Origin: Ilumatobacteraceae bacterium
GTDB taxonomy: Bacteria; Actinomycetota; Acidimicrobiia; Acidimicrobiales; Ilumatobacteraceae
DNA: 64,000 nt
Assembly: GCA_963695145.1 (NCBI GenBank)
Contig: CAVOGB010000009.1
Coordinates: 437,904-501,903 of the forward strand
Direction of reading: 5' to 3'
The position numbers were made by a program, and so were the translations under genes. The notes under the pieces were generated by a model that saw only the letters and a program-made list of their open reading frames with translations, was not told where the DNA came from and ran no database searches. Of this stretch, positions 29,406 through 39,645 are shown one piece after another (within the stretch, counting starts at the first letter, position 1; each line of letters begins with the position of its first letter).

Positions 29406-30920
29406 GCGAGGCGACGGCGAGCCCGGCCGCCGCACCCGACAGCTACCCGTCCCGGGTGCGGGCCTTCGCCGCACGCGACCCCGAGGCGGTGGTCGTCCGC
29501 CATGTGGCCCCCGACGGTGTCGAGACGTCGCTGACGTGGCGCGCGCTCGACCGCCGATCGGACGCGTTGGCGCGCGCCCTGCGCGACCGTGGCGCCGGGT
29601 TCGGCGACCGGGTCGGCATCGCCATGCCGAACTCGCTGCACCTCGTGCTGGCGTCGGTCGCCGCCTGGAAGCTCGGTGCGATCCCGGTGCCCGTGCGCTG
29701 GGACCTGCCCGACTGGGAGCGCGCCCGCCTGCGCGAGACCGTCGCCGCCGCCGTCTACCTCGACGAATCGGACATCGCGTCGATCGACCGGTGGATCGAC
29801 GAGCGGATGGCGCGCCGATCCCGCCGACGATCTCTCCGCCGACTTGGCCGCCGACCTGGCCGACGTCGTGTCGCCGTCGTTGATGGGGATCTGCAGCAGC
29901 GGGTCGACCGGGCTGCCGAAGGTCATCGTGATCAACCGGCCGGCGGTGTACCACGACGTGTTCAGCACGCCGATGATCGCCATGTGGGGCCCGGTCCCGA
30001 CGCCGCAGACGATCCTCGTCGTGGCGCCGATGTACCACTCGACGGGTTTCACGACGCTGAACAACATGCTCGGCGGCGACCACCTGGTGATCATGCAGAA
30101 GTTCGATGCGGCGCAGATCGTCGACGTCATCGAACGCCATCGCGTCTCGACGTTCACGGCGACACCGACGATGTTGAAGCGCATCTCCGACCTGCCCGAC
30201 ATCGACGAGCGCGATCTGTCGAGCATCGAATGGATCCTGCAGGGTGCGGCGTCGATGCCGCCGAGCCTCGTCGAGCGGTGGATCGAGTTGATCGGTGCCG
30301 AACGGATCGTCATGGCCTACGGCATGACCGAGGCGCTCGGGATCACCGCGCTGCGCGGCGACGAGTGGCTCGAACACCGTGGCAGCGTCGGGCTGCCGTT
30401 GCGTGGCACCGAGGTCAGCATCCTCGGACCCGACGGCACTCCGCTGCCGACCGGTGAGGTCGGCGACATCTACATGCAGGCGCCGGCCTACGGCGGCTCG
30501 ACGTACCTCGGTGCCGGGGCGCTCGACGTGACCGACGCCGGTCTCGCCACCGTGGGCGACATGGGCCACGTCGACGACGACGGGTACCTCTACCTCGCCG
30601 ACCGGCGCGTCGACCTGATCCTGAGCGGCGGGGCCAACGTGTTCCCGGCCGAGGTCGAAGCGGCGCTCATCGATCATCCCGCCGTCGCCGACGTCGTGGT
30701 GATCGGGCTGCGCGATCCGGAGTGGGGTCAGCGGGTCCACGCCATCATCGAGGTCAAGGGCGGGGTCGCTCCGCCGTCCGCGGACGACGTGATCGCGTTC
30801 GCCAAATCGCGCCTCGCCGCCTACAAGGTGCCGAAGACCGTCGAGATCGTCGACGCCATTCCCCGCAGTGCGGCGACGAAGGTCAACCGCGGCGCGCTCG
30901 TCGCCGAACGCGATTCGTGA
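29402..30920 (+). pseudogene. AMP-dependent acyl-CoA synthetase/ligase, frame-broken near 29810-29814
   Basis: The N-terminal 135 aa (MSEATASP...LDESDIASIDRWIDERMA) are in the frame of ORF 28163..30457. The remainder (ADPADDLSADL...ICSSGSTGLPKVIV...GDMGHVDDDGYLYLADRRVDLILSGGANVF...) is in the frame of ORF 29589..30920. The junction reads atg gcg C gcc gat. Confidence 0.8.
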
Positions 30921-31756
30921 ACGTCGAAGCACTGTTCGTCCCCGACGGCGACCACACGTTCGTGCCCACCGTGGGCGCGGTGGGGCCGTGGAACCGCGAG
31001 GTGCTGCACGGTGCGGCGGTCGCCGCGCTCTTCGCCGGCCGACTCACGCCGACGGACCGGGTGCTCGGGCGGCTCACCGTCGAGTTGCTGGCGCCGGTGC
31101 CGTGCGCACCGCTGCGCCTCGACGTCAGCAGCTCCGAAGGCGGCCGCCGCGTGCAACGGCAGCGGGCCACGCTGACCGCCGGGGGACGTGTCGTCGCGGC
31201 GGCCCAGTCGGTGACCGTCCAGCGGGCCGACCTCGACCTGCCGGCTGCAGCCACGGCGAACCCCGATCCGTTCGCCTCGGTTCCGGCCCCGACGCTGACC
31301 GATGCCGATCCGGCGCTCGCCGAGGTGATCGGTTGGGAGAACTTCCACAGCACCGCCGTCGCGACGAGACACCTGCGGGTGGATGGAGCGCCCGGCGCCT
31401 CCCACCAGTGGATCGCCCTGACCGTGCCCGTCGTCGCCGGCACCGAGATCCAGGGCACCGAGATCGCCATCGCCGCCGCCGACTTCGCGTCGGAGGCCGT
31501 GCACCACCGGTTGCCGTTCACGGAGTGGTCGTTCATGAACGCCGACCTCACCGTGCACCTGACACGAGCGCCGGTCGGCGGCTGGGTCGGGATCGGCACG
31601 GCGGCCGTCGTCGACGCGGCGGGCGGCGGGATCGCGTCCACCGAGTTGTTCGATGCCTCGGGCCGGGTCGGCCAGTCGGCGTCGACACTGGTCGTCGAGC
31701 GCCGTGTGGGCCCGCAGGGTGCCGGGCAACGAGGCGCGGGGCGAGCGGGCGGCTAG
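30917..31756 (+). CDS. Thioesterase-like superfamily protein (acyl-CoA thioesterase-like, double hotdog)
   Basis: GTG 30917 overlaps the upstream stop (GTGA). ...GPWNREVLHGAAVAALFAG... and the second half ...ADLTVHLTRAPVGGWVGI...ELFDASGRVGQSASTLVV follow the family pattern. Confidence 0.6.
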   Translation: MNVEALFVPDGDHTFVPTVGAVGPWNREVLHGAAVAALFAGRLTPTDRVLGRLTVELLAPVPCAPLRLDVSSSEGGRRVQRQRATLTAGGRVVAAAQSVTVQRADLDLPAAATANPDPFASVPAPTLTDADPALAEVIGWENFHSTAVATRHLRVDGAPGASHQWIALTVPVVAGTEIQGTEIAIAAADFASEAVHHRLPFTEWSFMNADLTVHLTRAPVGGWVGIGTAAVVDAAGGGIASTELFDASGRVGQSASTLVVERRVGPQGAGQRGAGRAGG

Positions 31757-31807
31757 TCTGCTGACACGATTGCTGGGCGACTGCTCAGCAAATTCTCGAA
31801 CCGACAC

Positions 31808-31833
31808 ACCACCGACCGGCACCACCGACCGGC
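31808..31833 (+). repeat. Exact 13-nt tandem duplication (accaccgaccggc, 2 copies) in the P450 leader
   Basis: Read directly; it ends 20 nt upstream of ATG 31853. Confidence 0.9.
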
Positions 31834-31852
31834 ACATCATCAAGGGGGCGCC

Positions 31853-33154
31853 ATGAGCGACTGGACGACGATCGACTACTTCACCGACCCATCGCTGGTC
31901 GAGGACCCGTATCCGTATCTCGACGCGCTCCGCTCGGAGTGTCCGGTCCTGCACCTCCCGCACCTCGGCGTCGTGGCGGTCACGGGATACGACGAGGCCT
32001 CGGAGATCTACCGCGACCCGGACACGTTCTCGTCGTGCAACTCGGTGATCGGCCCCTACGCCACGTTCCCGGTGCCACTCGAGGGCGACGACATCAGCGA
32101 CATCGTCGCCGAGTACCGCACCACGTTGCCGATGCACGAGCACATGGTGACGATGGACCCGCCCGAGCACACCCGCGAGCGCTCGCTCATCATGCGGTTG
32201 CTCACGCCGCGGCGGCTGCAGGACAACGAGGCGTTCATGTGGGGCCTCGCCGACCGACAGCTCGACGAGTTCGTCGCCGACGGCCGCTGCGAGTTCATCA
32301 GCGCCTACGCCCAGCCGTTCGCCATGCTCGCCGTGGCCGACGTGCTCGGTGTGCCCGAGGAGGACCACGAGCGGTTCCGCCGGGGCTTCGGGCTCACCGG
32401 CACCGTCGGCGAGGTGGGTGCCGGTGCCGACGGCAGCCCCGGCGAGAACCCGCTGTCGTGGCTCGACGACACGTTCGCCGCGTACATCGAGGACCGCCGC
32501 GCCGCGCCGCGCGAGGACGTCCTCACGCGGTTGGCGGTGGCGAACTATCCGGACGACACCGTCCCGGAGGTCACCTCGGTCGTGCGCACCGCCACGTTCC
32601 TGTTCGCCGCCGGTCAGGAGACGACGGCCCGCCTGCTCGCCGGCGCGCTGATGTACCTCGCCGAGCATCCCGACGTCCAGGACGAGCTGCGCGCCGACCG
32701 GGACAAGATCCCGGCGTTCCTCGAGGAGATGCTGCGCATGGAGAGCCCGGTCAAGACCGACTTCCGGCTCACCCGGCGCTCGACCACGGTCGGCGGGGTC
32801 GACATCGCCGCCGGCACGCCCGTGATGTTGCTCAACGGTGCCGCCAACCGCGACCCCCGGCGCTTCGAGTGCCCCGCCGAGTTCCGCCTCGACCGGGAGA
32901 ACGTGCAGGGTCACATCGCCTTCGGACGAGGCGCCCACTCCTGCCCCGGCGGCCCGCTCGCCCGTGTCGAGGGGCGCGTCAGCCTGGAGCGGATCCTCGA
33001 CCGGATGCACGACATCCGGTTGTCCGAGGAGCACCACGGTCCCGCCGGCGAGCGCCGCTTCGAGTACGAGCCGACATGGATCCTGCGCGGGCTCACGTCC
33101 GTCCATCTCGAGTTCGACCCCGTCGAGGCCCCCACGACCGAGACCGGGCGATGA
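31853..33154 (+). CDS. Cytochrome P450
   Basis: It has the heme-Cys loop FGRGAHSCPGGPLA, the I-helix AAGQETTA and the ExxR motif EEMLRMESP. Confidence 0.95.
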   Translation: MSDWTTIDYFTDPSLVEDPYPYLDALRSECPVLHLPHLGVVAVTGYDEASEIYRDPDTFSSCNSVIGPYATFPVPLEGDDISDIVAEYRTTLPMHEHMVTMDPPEHTRERSLIMRLLTPRRLQDNEAFMWGLADRQLDEFVADGRCEFISAYAQPFAMLAVADVLGVPEEDHERFRRGFGLTGTVGEVGAGADGSPGENPLSWLDDTFAAYIEDRRAAPREDVLTRLAVANYPDDTVPEVTSVVRTATFLFAAGQETTARLLAGALMYLAEHPDVQDELRADRDKIPAFLEEMLRMESPVKTDFRLTRRSTTVGGVDIAAGTPVMLLNGAANRDPRRFECPAEFRLDRENVQGHIAFGRGAHSCPGGPLARVEGRVSLERILDRMHDIRLSEEHHGPAGERRFEYEPTWILRGLTSVHLEFDPVEAPTTETGR

Positions 33155-33891
33155 GCCGCGTCGCCGTCGTCACCGGAGGTGCGTCCGGCATCGGGCTCGG
33201 TGTCGCCAAGCGGTTCGCCGCCGACGGCCATCGGGTGGCGATCTTCGACCGCAACGGTGCCGCCGCGAGCGCGGCGGCCGACGAGATCACGGCCGCCGGC
33301 GGCACGGCGATCGCCGCCGACGTCGACGTCGCCGACTGGGGCTCGGTCGATGCCGGGTTCGAGCGGGTCCGCGCCGCACTCGGTCCGGTCGAGATCCTGG
33401 TGACGAGCGCCGGGGTCGAGTCGTTCGACGCCTTGGCCGACATCACGCCGGAGATCTGGAACCGGATCATCTCGGTCAACCTGACCGGGACGTTCACCTG
33501 CGTGCAGAACGCCGTGCCCGACATGGTCGCCGCGCGCTGGGGGCGCATCGTGACGATCTCGTCGTCGAGCGCGCAGTCCGGGGCACCGAGCATGACGCAC
33601 TACGCGGCGTCGAAGGGCGGCGTGATCGGCCTGACGAAGGCCCTCGCCGTGGAGTTCGCCCGCAGCGGCATCACCGTCAACACGATCCCGCCGAGCCTCG
33701 TCGACACGCCGATGGCGCGGCACGCGCCGCCCGAGCACTTCCCCGGCGTCGACGTCGTCGGCCCGATGGTCCCGCTCGGCCGGGCCGGCACGCCCGACGA
33801 CATCGCCGGCGCGTGTGCGTTCCTCTGCTCCGACGACGGCTCCTACATCACCGGCCAGGTCATCGGCGTCAACGGCGGCATGTACATCTGA
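33151..33891 (+). CDS. SDR family oxidoreductase (FabG-like)
   Basis: ATG 33151 overlaps the P450 stop (ATGA). VTGGASGIGLG and YAASKGGV are present. Confidence 0.9.
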   Translation: MSRVAVVTGGASGIGLGVAKRFAADGHRVAIFDRNGAAASAAADEITAAGGTAIAADVDVADWGSVDAGFERVRAALGPVEILVTSAGVESFDALADITPEIWNRIISVNLTGTFTCVQNAVPDMVAARWGRIVTISSSSAQSGAPSMTHYAASKGGVIGLTKALAVEFARSGITVNTIPPSLVDTPMARHAPPEHFPGVDVVGPMVPLGRAGTPDDIAGACAFLCSDDGSYITGQVIGVNGGMYI

Positions 33892-33897
33892 CCCGCG

Positions 33898-33920
33898 CCA
33901 CCCGGCGGCGCGCCGGGTGG
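33898..33920. terminator. Perfect 10-bp GC hairpin between convergent genes
   Basis: ccacccggcg-gcg-cgccgggtgg lies between stop 33891 (+) and stop 33921 (-) and abuts the minus-strand stop codon. Confidence 0.5.
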
Positions 33921-34898
33921 TCAGACGGCGGCGAAGGCGGGGAGCACTTCGTGTTCGTAGAGGTGCAGGCTCTGCCAGGCGAGTTCGGGCGGGATGCCGC
34001 CGCACATCGGGTGGAAGATCTGGAACGGGAACGGCGCCGCCTTCATCTCGATGATGAACTCGTCGGGCGTGACGATCCGGTGCGTGCCGCGCGAGCGCAG
34101 TTCGTCGATGTCGGTGGCGACGTGGAACGGGGCGTGCGCGTTCGATTCCTGCTGCCACGCGCCGTACGCGTTCGTGTCGTGGAGGAAGTACGGGCCGAGT
34201 TGCTCCCAGCCGCGGTCGACGTCATCCCACAGGGCCACGACGTAGTTCTCCCCGACGATCGATTCGCCGGGGTCCGCGCCGCCGAGCTGCTGCACCTCGT
34301 CGCGATAGAACTCCCACACTTCGGCCGACACCGGGATGAATCCAGCACCGAGCCGCGCCGCCCGCCGGGCCGCGACCTCGCTGCTGCCGCCGAGCATCAG
34401 CCCGGGACCGCCCGCACGATCGGGTGCCGGTGTCACTCGGATGGTGCGTCCGCGATACTCGAACGGCTCGCCGGTGAAGGCGGCCTGCAGCGTCTGCAGC
34501 GTCTCGTGCAGGCGCGCCGCCCGCTCCGACGACGGCACGCCGTACATCTCGAACTCGCTCGGCACGTACCCCGAACCGAGCACGAGGTCGACCCGGCCGC
34601 GGCTGATGTTGTCGAGCACGACGAGATCCTCGGCGAGCCGGATGGGGTCGTAGAACGACGTGATCAGGGCGGCCACCATGAAGCGCACCGTCGTCGTGCG
34701 GGCGGCCATGGCCGACAGCATCACGAGCGGGCTCGGCAGGTAGCCGTCGTCGGAGCCGTGGTGCTCGGACACGGCGACGGTCATGGCGCCGAGGCGATCC
34801 GCCCAGTCGACCATCTCGAGCGCCGCCGCGTACCGGTCGGCGGTCGACACGCCGCCGAGGTCGGGATTGCGGAAATCGAAGCGCAGACCGAAGAACAT
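33921..34898 (-). CDS. LLM-class (luciferase-like) flavin/F420-dependent oxidoreductase
   Basis: ATG 34898 (MFFGLRFDFRNPDLGG...AVSEHHGSDDGYLPSP...) matches the luciferase-like monooxygenase family pattern. Confidence 0.75.
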   Translation of the reverse strand: MFFGLRFDFRNPDLGGVSTADRYAAALEMVDWADRLGAMTVAVSEHHGSDDGYLPSPLVMLSAMAARTTTVRFMVAALITSFYDPIRLAEDLVVLDNISRGRVDLVLGSGYVPSEFEMYGVPSSERAARLHETLQTLQAAFTGEPFEYRGRTIRVTPAPDRAGGPGLMLGGSSEVAARRAARLGAGFIPVSAEVWEFYRDEVQQLGGADPGESIVGENYVVALWDDVDRGWEQLGPYFLHDTNAYGAWQQESNAHAPFHVATDIDELRSRGTHRIVTPDEFIIEMKAAPFPFQIFHPMCGGIPPELAWQSLHLYEHEVLPAFAAV

Positions 34899-34929
34899 GG
34901 GCGAACAGTACCGTCCGACCGAGCGGGAC

Positions 34930-34944
34930 GGAAATGTGGTTCTC
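34930..34944. promoter_or_regulatory. Candidate operator dyad GGAAATGTGGTTCTC (site 4 of 9)
   Basis: It lies in the divergent promoter region between LLM (34898, -) and SDR (35018, +). Confidence 0.45.
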
Positions 34945-35017
34945 GTCATCCGCGTATGGCAATCTTGGTCGTGTCCGACGTCGACTGTCGCCGGGCGTGA
35001 CGAGGAGGACGAGGGGA

Positions 35018-35839
35018 ATGCAGGACAAGGCACGCAAGAGGGTCGTCGTCGTCGGCGCATCGACCGGTCTCGGACGATGCATCGGTATCGGCCTGGCACA
35101 GCGTGGCGAGCAGGTCACGCTGCTGGCCCGTCGCCTCGAGAAGATCCAGGAGGCGGCGCAGGAGGCCGGCAACGATGCGATCGCCATCCAGTGCGATGTG
35201 ATCGACCAGGCCGCGGCGAAGACCGCGCTCGACGAGGCGGCGGCGGCGATGGGAGGCATCGACACGGTGATCTACGCCGCCGCGGTCGGCCCGATCGTGC
35301 GCGTCTCGGACGCGACGCCCGAGCAGTGGATCTCGACGTTCTCCACCAACGTCGTCGGCGCCAGCAACGTCAGCCAGGCGGCGCTCCCCCACCTCAAGGA
35401 GTCGGCCGGCAACGTCATCTACCTGTCGACCACCGGCGCGTCGTACACCGCGCCGTGGGGCGGGCTGAGCGTCTACCAGGTGACCAAGGTGGCGCTGAAC
35501 CGGCTCGCCGATCACTGGCGGATCGAGCAGCCCGGCATCAACTTCACCGTGGTGACGATCGGTGAGTGCGGTGGCGGCGAAGGCGACTCGCAGTCGCACT
35601 TCAACGTCGACTGGGACCGGGAGCTGATGGGCGCGTTCGCCGGCGACTGGTTCGCCCGCAACCTGCTGAGCGGATCGTTCATCGACGTCGAACACCTCAT
35701 CGACCAGCTCCACTCGCTCGTCACCGCCGGCCAGTCGATCCAGGTGCCGTCGATGGTGATCATCCCCCGGCCGCCGATCCCCGGCGCCGGCACCGTCGCC
35801 CCGACCGACTTCAGCGAGATGGAGAAGCAACTCGGCTGA
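35018..35839 (+). CDS. SDR family oxidoreductase
   Basis: ATG 35018 follows GAGGAG..GAGGGG. VVGASTGLGRCIG and YQVTKVALN are present. Confidence 0.85.
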   Translation: MQDKARKRVVVVGASTGLGRCIGIGLAQRGEQVTLLARRLEKIQEAAQEAGNDAIAIQCDVIDQAAAKTALDEAAAAMGGIDTVIYAAAVGPIVRVSDATPEQWISTFSTNVVGASNVSQAALPHLKESAGNVIYLSTTGASYTAPWGGLSVYQVTKVALNRLADHWRIEQPGINFTVVTIGECGGGEGDSQSHFNVDWDRELMGAFAGDWFARNLLSGSFIDVEHLIDQLHSLVTAGQSIQVPSMVIIPRPPIPGAGTVAPTDFSEMEKQLG

Positions 35840-35849
35840 CCCGCCGTTC

Positions 35850-35864
35850 TCGGACCGGGTCCGA
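35850..35864. terminator. Short palindrome TCGGACC-G-GGTCCGA between convergent genes
   Basis: Read directly, between stop 35839 (+) and stop 35882 (-). It is a weak hairpin. Confidence 0.3.
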
Positions 35865-35881
35865 AAAGGCAGGGTCGTCGG

Positions 35882-37517
35882 TCAGGCGTCGGCGCGTTGG
35901 AGGATGACGGCACTCGAGGGGGTGCCGCCGCCGGTGGCGACGACGGCGGTCTTCGCGTCGGCAATCTGGCGGTCGCCGGCGTCGCCGCGCAGCTGGGTGA
36001 CCGCCTCGTAGAAGAACCCCATCCCGTGGGTGCGCCCCTCCGACAGCTGGCCGCCGTGCGGGTTGAGCGGCAGTGCACCGTCGCGGGCGATCGTGCGACC
36101 ACCGTCGATCCAGTCCTTCGCCTCGCCGAAGCCGCAGAAGCCGAGGGCCTCGATCCACGTGATGCAGTTGAACGTGAACCCGTCGTACAGCAGGGCGACG
36201 TCGATGTCGTCGGGCGTCAGTGACGTGCGCGTCCAGAGATGCGTCGACGGCCCGATCACCTGCGGTTCGTGGGTGACCGTGTCCTGGTCCCACGACAGGC
36301 GCTCGGTGATCTGCGTGCCCGCCGCCTCGATGCGGATCGCCGGGTGTGGCAGGTCACCGGCGACCTCGGCCGCACTCACGATCACGGCGATCGCGCCGTC
36401 GCACGGTACGTCACAGTCGTAGAGGCCGAACGGCGTGGTGACCATGCGTGCCGCGTAGTAGTCGTCGAGCGTGAACGGTTCGCGGTAGATGGCGTTCGGG
36501 TTGAGCCCGGCGTTGCGGCGGGCGTTGACGGCGACGTGGCCGAAGAGATCGCGCGTCGCTCCGTACCGGTGGAGGTACTGCGTGGCATTCATGCCGATCC
36601 AGTTGGCGGCACTCACCGCGCCGTACGGCATCCGCCACTGCTGATCACCACCGACGCGCCCGCCCATCCCGGACAGCTGGAGCTGTCCTGCGGTCGTCTG
36701 CCACACCGTGCGGAAGCAGAGCACGTGGCGGCACAGGCCGTTGGCCACGGCCATCATCGCGTTGAGGATCGAACCGCCCGGGCCCGGCACCTCGGGGCCG
36801 CCGCAGATCCACGTCGGTCGCAACCGCAGAGCCTCCTCGACCGCCGTGATGCCACCTTCGCTGAAGCCGATCTCGTAGCCCATCCCACCGGGATAGGTGG
36901 CGATGCCGTCGATGTCGTCCGGCGTCAGCCCGGCGTCGGCGATCGCCGCGAGGCTGGCATCGACGGCGAGCGACAGCGGGTTGCGCATCAACCGGCGGCC
37001 GAGTTCCGACCGGCCGATCCCGGAGATGACCGACTTGTGCTCGTAGCGGTCGTCGGTGAGCGGGAGCCGCACCGTCGGCCGTGTCGGTTCGACGACCCGG
37101 TCGACCGGATCGGTTTCGCCGGTCAGTTCGAACAGCGGGATCCACACGTCCTCGACGTGCTCGAACAGCACGCGCACCTCGGCGCCGAGCTGCACCTCGC
37201 CGGGCTCGCAGTTGACGATGTTCGTCGTGAGATGGATCGACGGGTCGTCGGCGAGCGCGACGTTGGCGATCACGTACGGCGGGGCGAAGTCGGGCAACCA
37301 CTGCTGATGGTTGACCGTCAGCCCGATCACGGTGGCGAGCCCCGACATCACCCGCGGCGACGACGAGGAACAGCGACACGACGGGCAGATCGGCGACGGG
37401 GGGTGGACGAGCGCGTCGCACTCGTCGCAGCCCTGGATGCGCAGGCGGCCGTCCTCACCCGAGGTCCAGAACCAGCCGTCCCACGGCAGCAGCCTGGGCA
37501 GCGGGCGGGTCGGTCAT
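35882..37517 (-). CDS. Fused DUF35 (Zn-ribbon + OB fold) / SCP-x-type thiolase-like protein; start region frame-broken near 37502-37508
   Basis: The frame is open from 37513 (PTRPLPRLLPWDGWFWTSGEDGRLRIQGCDECDALVHPPSPICPSC...) into ORF 35882..37351. The thiolase-like body reads ...NGLCRHVLCFR...GGQLSEGRTHGMG.... The only plausible ATG (37517, 6 nt after the upstream stop) is one base out of frame; dropping one C from ccgCCCgctg restores MTDPPLPRLLPW. Confidence 0.75.
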
Positions 37518-37523
37518 CGCGCT

Positions 37524-38360
37524 TCAGTACCGGCCGGTGAGGAAGTCGGCGGTGCCCTTCGCCGCGGGGTACGAGTTCGTGATCCCGCTGCTGAAGTAGC
37601 CCTGGTCGCTCGTCAGCGTGATGCCGGTGATCGCCTTGGCGGCGTCGCTGCAGAGGAACACGAGCGGGTACGCCTGGTCTTCGGGCGTCGAGGCCTCGAC
37701 CCCGGTGTCCTCGCGGTAGTCGGAACCGAACCCGAGCCACATCTCCTTGTTGGCCTGGGCGAGCGGCGTGTCGGTCGGCCCGGGCATGATGGCGTTGATC
37801 CGGATGCCCTTGGCGAGCAGCGGGTACGCCATCTTGGCGACGTACAGGCACACGGCGAGCTTGCTCTGGAAGTAGTCGGCCTTGCCGTTGTCGAGCGCCC
37901 ACTGCGACGCCTCGTCCATGTCCTCGATGGCGAGGTACTCGCCGAGGACCTCCTGGTTGTCGTCGCGGGCCCACCCCGCGCCGGCGGCCGACGAGATGAA
38001 GCCGATCGCGCTCCCCCGCCCGAGCATGCCGGCGTCGAGCATCCGATCGATCATGTGGCGGTGCCCGAGGAAGTTGATCTTCTCGATGCCCGGCGTGCCG
38101 TCGGCGACGCCGGCGCACGACAACAGCGCATCGACACGACCACCGCACTCCTCGACGGCGGCATCGATCGACGCCTTGTCGGCCAGGTTGACCGTGATCG
38201 AACCGGCGATGCCTTCGATGTCCATCGGCGCGAAGTCCATCGCCACCACCTCGGCGCCGGCATCGACGAGCAGACGCGCCGCCGCGTTGCCCATGCCGGT
38301 GGCGGCGCCGACGACCACGACGCGCTTGCCGTCGTAGCGGAACAGATCGAACAGGGACAT
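37524..38360 (-). CDS. SDR family oxidoreductase
   Basis: VVGAATGMGNAAA and YFQSKLAV are present; 278 aa. Confidence 0.85.
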   Translation of the reverse strand: MSLFDLFRYDGKRVVVVGAATGMGNAAARLLVDAGAEVVAMDFAPMDIEGIAGSITVNLADKASIDAAVEECGGRVDALLSCAGVADGTPGIEKINFLGHRHMIDRMLDAGMLGRGSAIGFISSAAGAGWARDDNQEVLGEYLAIEDMDEASQWALDNGKADYFQSKLAVCLYVAKMAYPLLAKGIRINAIMPGPTDTPLAQANKEMWLGFGSDYREDTGVEASTPEDQAYPLVFLCSDAAKAITGITLTSDQGYFSSGITNSYPAAKGTADFLTGRY

Positions 38361-38435
38361 GGTGGAACTCCTCGGAGAGAAACGGGTGAACGGGAACGGA
38401 TGTATGGCGCGGACGCCGGGGCCGACGTGCGACCG

Positions 38436-39644
38436 TCAGTCCAGGACGACGGTCAACTTGTCCCAGCCGCGGACGGTGGACGTGTGGGAACGCTCCGAGC
38501 GGTCGTAGTCGACCGACCAGTCGGGGAAGCGCTTGAGGAACTCGTCGAGAGCGACGCGACCCTCGAGGCGGGCGAGTGCGGCACCGAGGCAGAAGTGCAG
38601 GCCGTAGCCGAACGACAGGTGGTGGTCCATCTTGCGCCGGATGTCGAACTCCTCCGACGTCGGACCCCACTTGCGCTCATCGTGGTTCGCCGAGCCGTTG
38701 ACGAGCACGATGGCGCTGCCCTGCGGCACGGTCTGCCCGTGCATCTCGACATCCTCGGCGACGTAGCGGGCCTGGATCGGCGACGGTGCCTCGAAGCGCA
38801 GCGACTCCTCGATCGCGTTCGGGATCAGGTCGGGATTGTCCCGCAGCTCGTGACGCTGATCGGGCAGCGCGGCGAGCGTCCGTACGGTGTGGCCGATCAA
38901 CTTGGTGGTGGTCTCGTTGCCCGCACCGGACAGCAGGTTGACGTAGCCGAGCACCTCTTCGCGGGTCAGGCGGCGGGTCACGCCGGTGTGGTCCTCGAAC
39001 TCGGCCCGCACGAGTTGGGTCATCACGTCGTCGGAGGGATTTTCCAGACGCCAGTCGAGATACTCGCCGAAGCTTCCTTCCGTCGCCGAGAAGCTGAACT
39101 CGTCGAATCGTGCACCGAAGTCGTCGGCCGAGTCGAGGTGCAGACCCTGGTCGGAATGGTCGCGAATCGCCTGCTGGTCGGCTTCGGGGATGCCCAGCAG
39201 CATGCCGATCACCCGCATGGGCATCTTCGCCGCCAGCACCTCGATGATGTCGAACTCGGTGGCACCTTCGAGCGCATCGAGTTCGATCTGACAGTAGCGA
39301 CGAACCTCGGGCTCGATGGCGTTCATCTTGCGCGGCGTGAACACGCGCGACATCAGCCCGCGGTATGCGGTGTGGCTCGGCGGGTCGTCGAAGATGACCA
39401 TCCCGGGCGGCATCTCGATGTTGGCCTTGATCAGCTCGAGGATCGTGCCGTGGCTGGAGATCAGCCGGCCGTGATCCTTCAGCGCCGCCTCGACGTCGTC
39501 CCAACGCGTGACCGCCCAGAAGTCGTGCTTGTCGTTGTAGTACAGCGGCTGCTCGTCGCGCATCCGCTTCCAGACGGGATACGGATCGGCATCGATCTCG
39601 AAGTCGTACGGGTCGTAGTAGAGGTCGGCAGTCGCCGTGGACAT
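38436..39644 (-). CDS. Cytochrome P450
   Basis: It has the heme-Cys loop FGYGLHFCLGAALA, the I-helix SGAGNETTT and the ExxR motif EESLRFEAP. Confidence 0.95.
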   Translation of the reverse strand: MSTATADLYYDPYDFEIDADPYPVWKRMRDEQPLYYNDKHDFWAVTRWDDVEAALKDHGRLISSHGTILELIKANIEMPPGMVIFDDPPSHTAYRGLMSRVFTPRKMNAIEPEVRRYCQIELDALEGATEFDIIEVLAAKMPMRVIGMLLGIPEADQQAIRDHSDQGLHLDSADDFGARFDEFSFSATEGSFGEYLDWRLENPSDDVMTQLVRAEFEDHTGVTRRLTREEVLGYVNLLSGAGNETTTKLIGHTVRTLAALPDQRHELRDNPDLIPNAIEESLRFEAPSPIQARYVAEDVEMHGQTVPQGSAIVLVNGSANHDERKWGPTSEEFDIRRKMDHHLSFGYGLHFCLGAALARLEGRVALDEFLKRFPDWSVDYDRSERSHTSTVRGWDKLTVVLD

Positions 39645-39645
39645 G

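Noticed and set aside
27840-30932. Very long antisense ORFs, for example 27840..30932 (-) at 1030 aa, 19869..22322 (-) at 817 aa, 12869..15145 (+) at 758 aa and 18615..20657 (+) at 680 aa.
   Set aside because: Their translations are Arg/Gly/Pro/Ala-rich with no recognisable motifs. They lie exactly opposite genes with strong family signatures. In DNA this GC-rich, stop-free alternative frames are expected.
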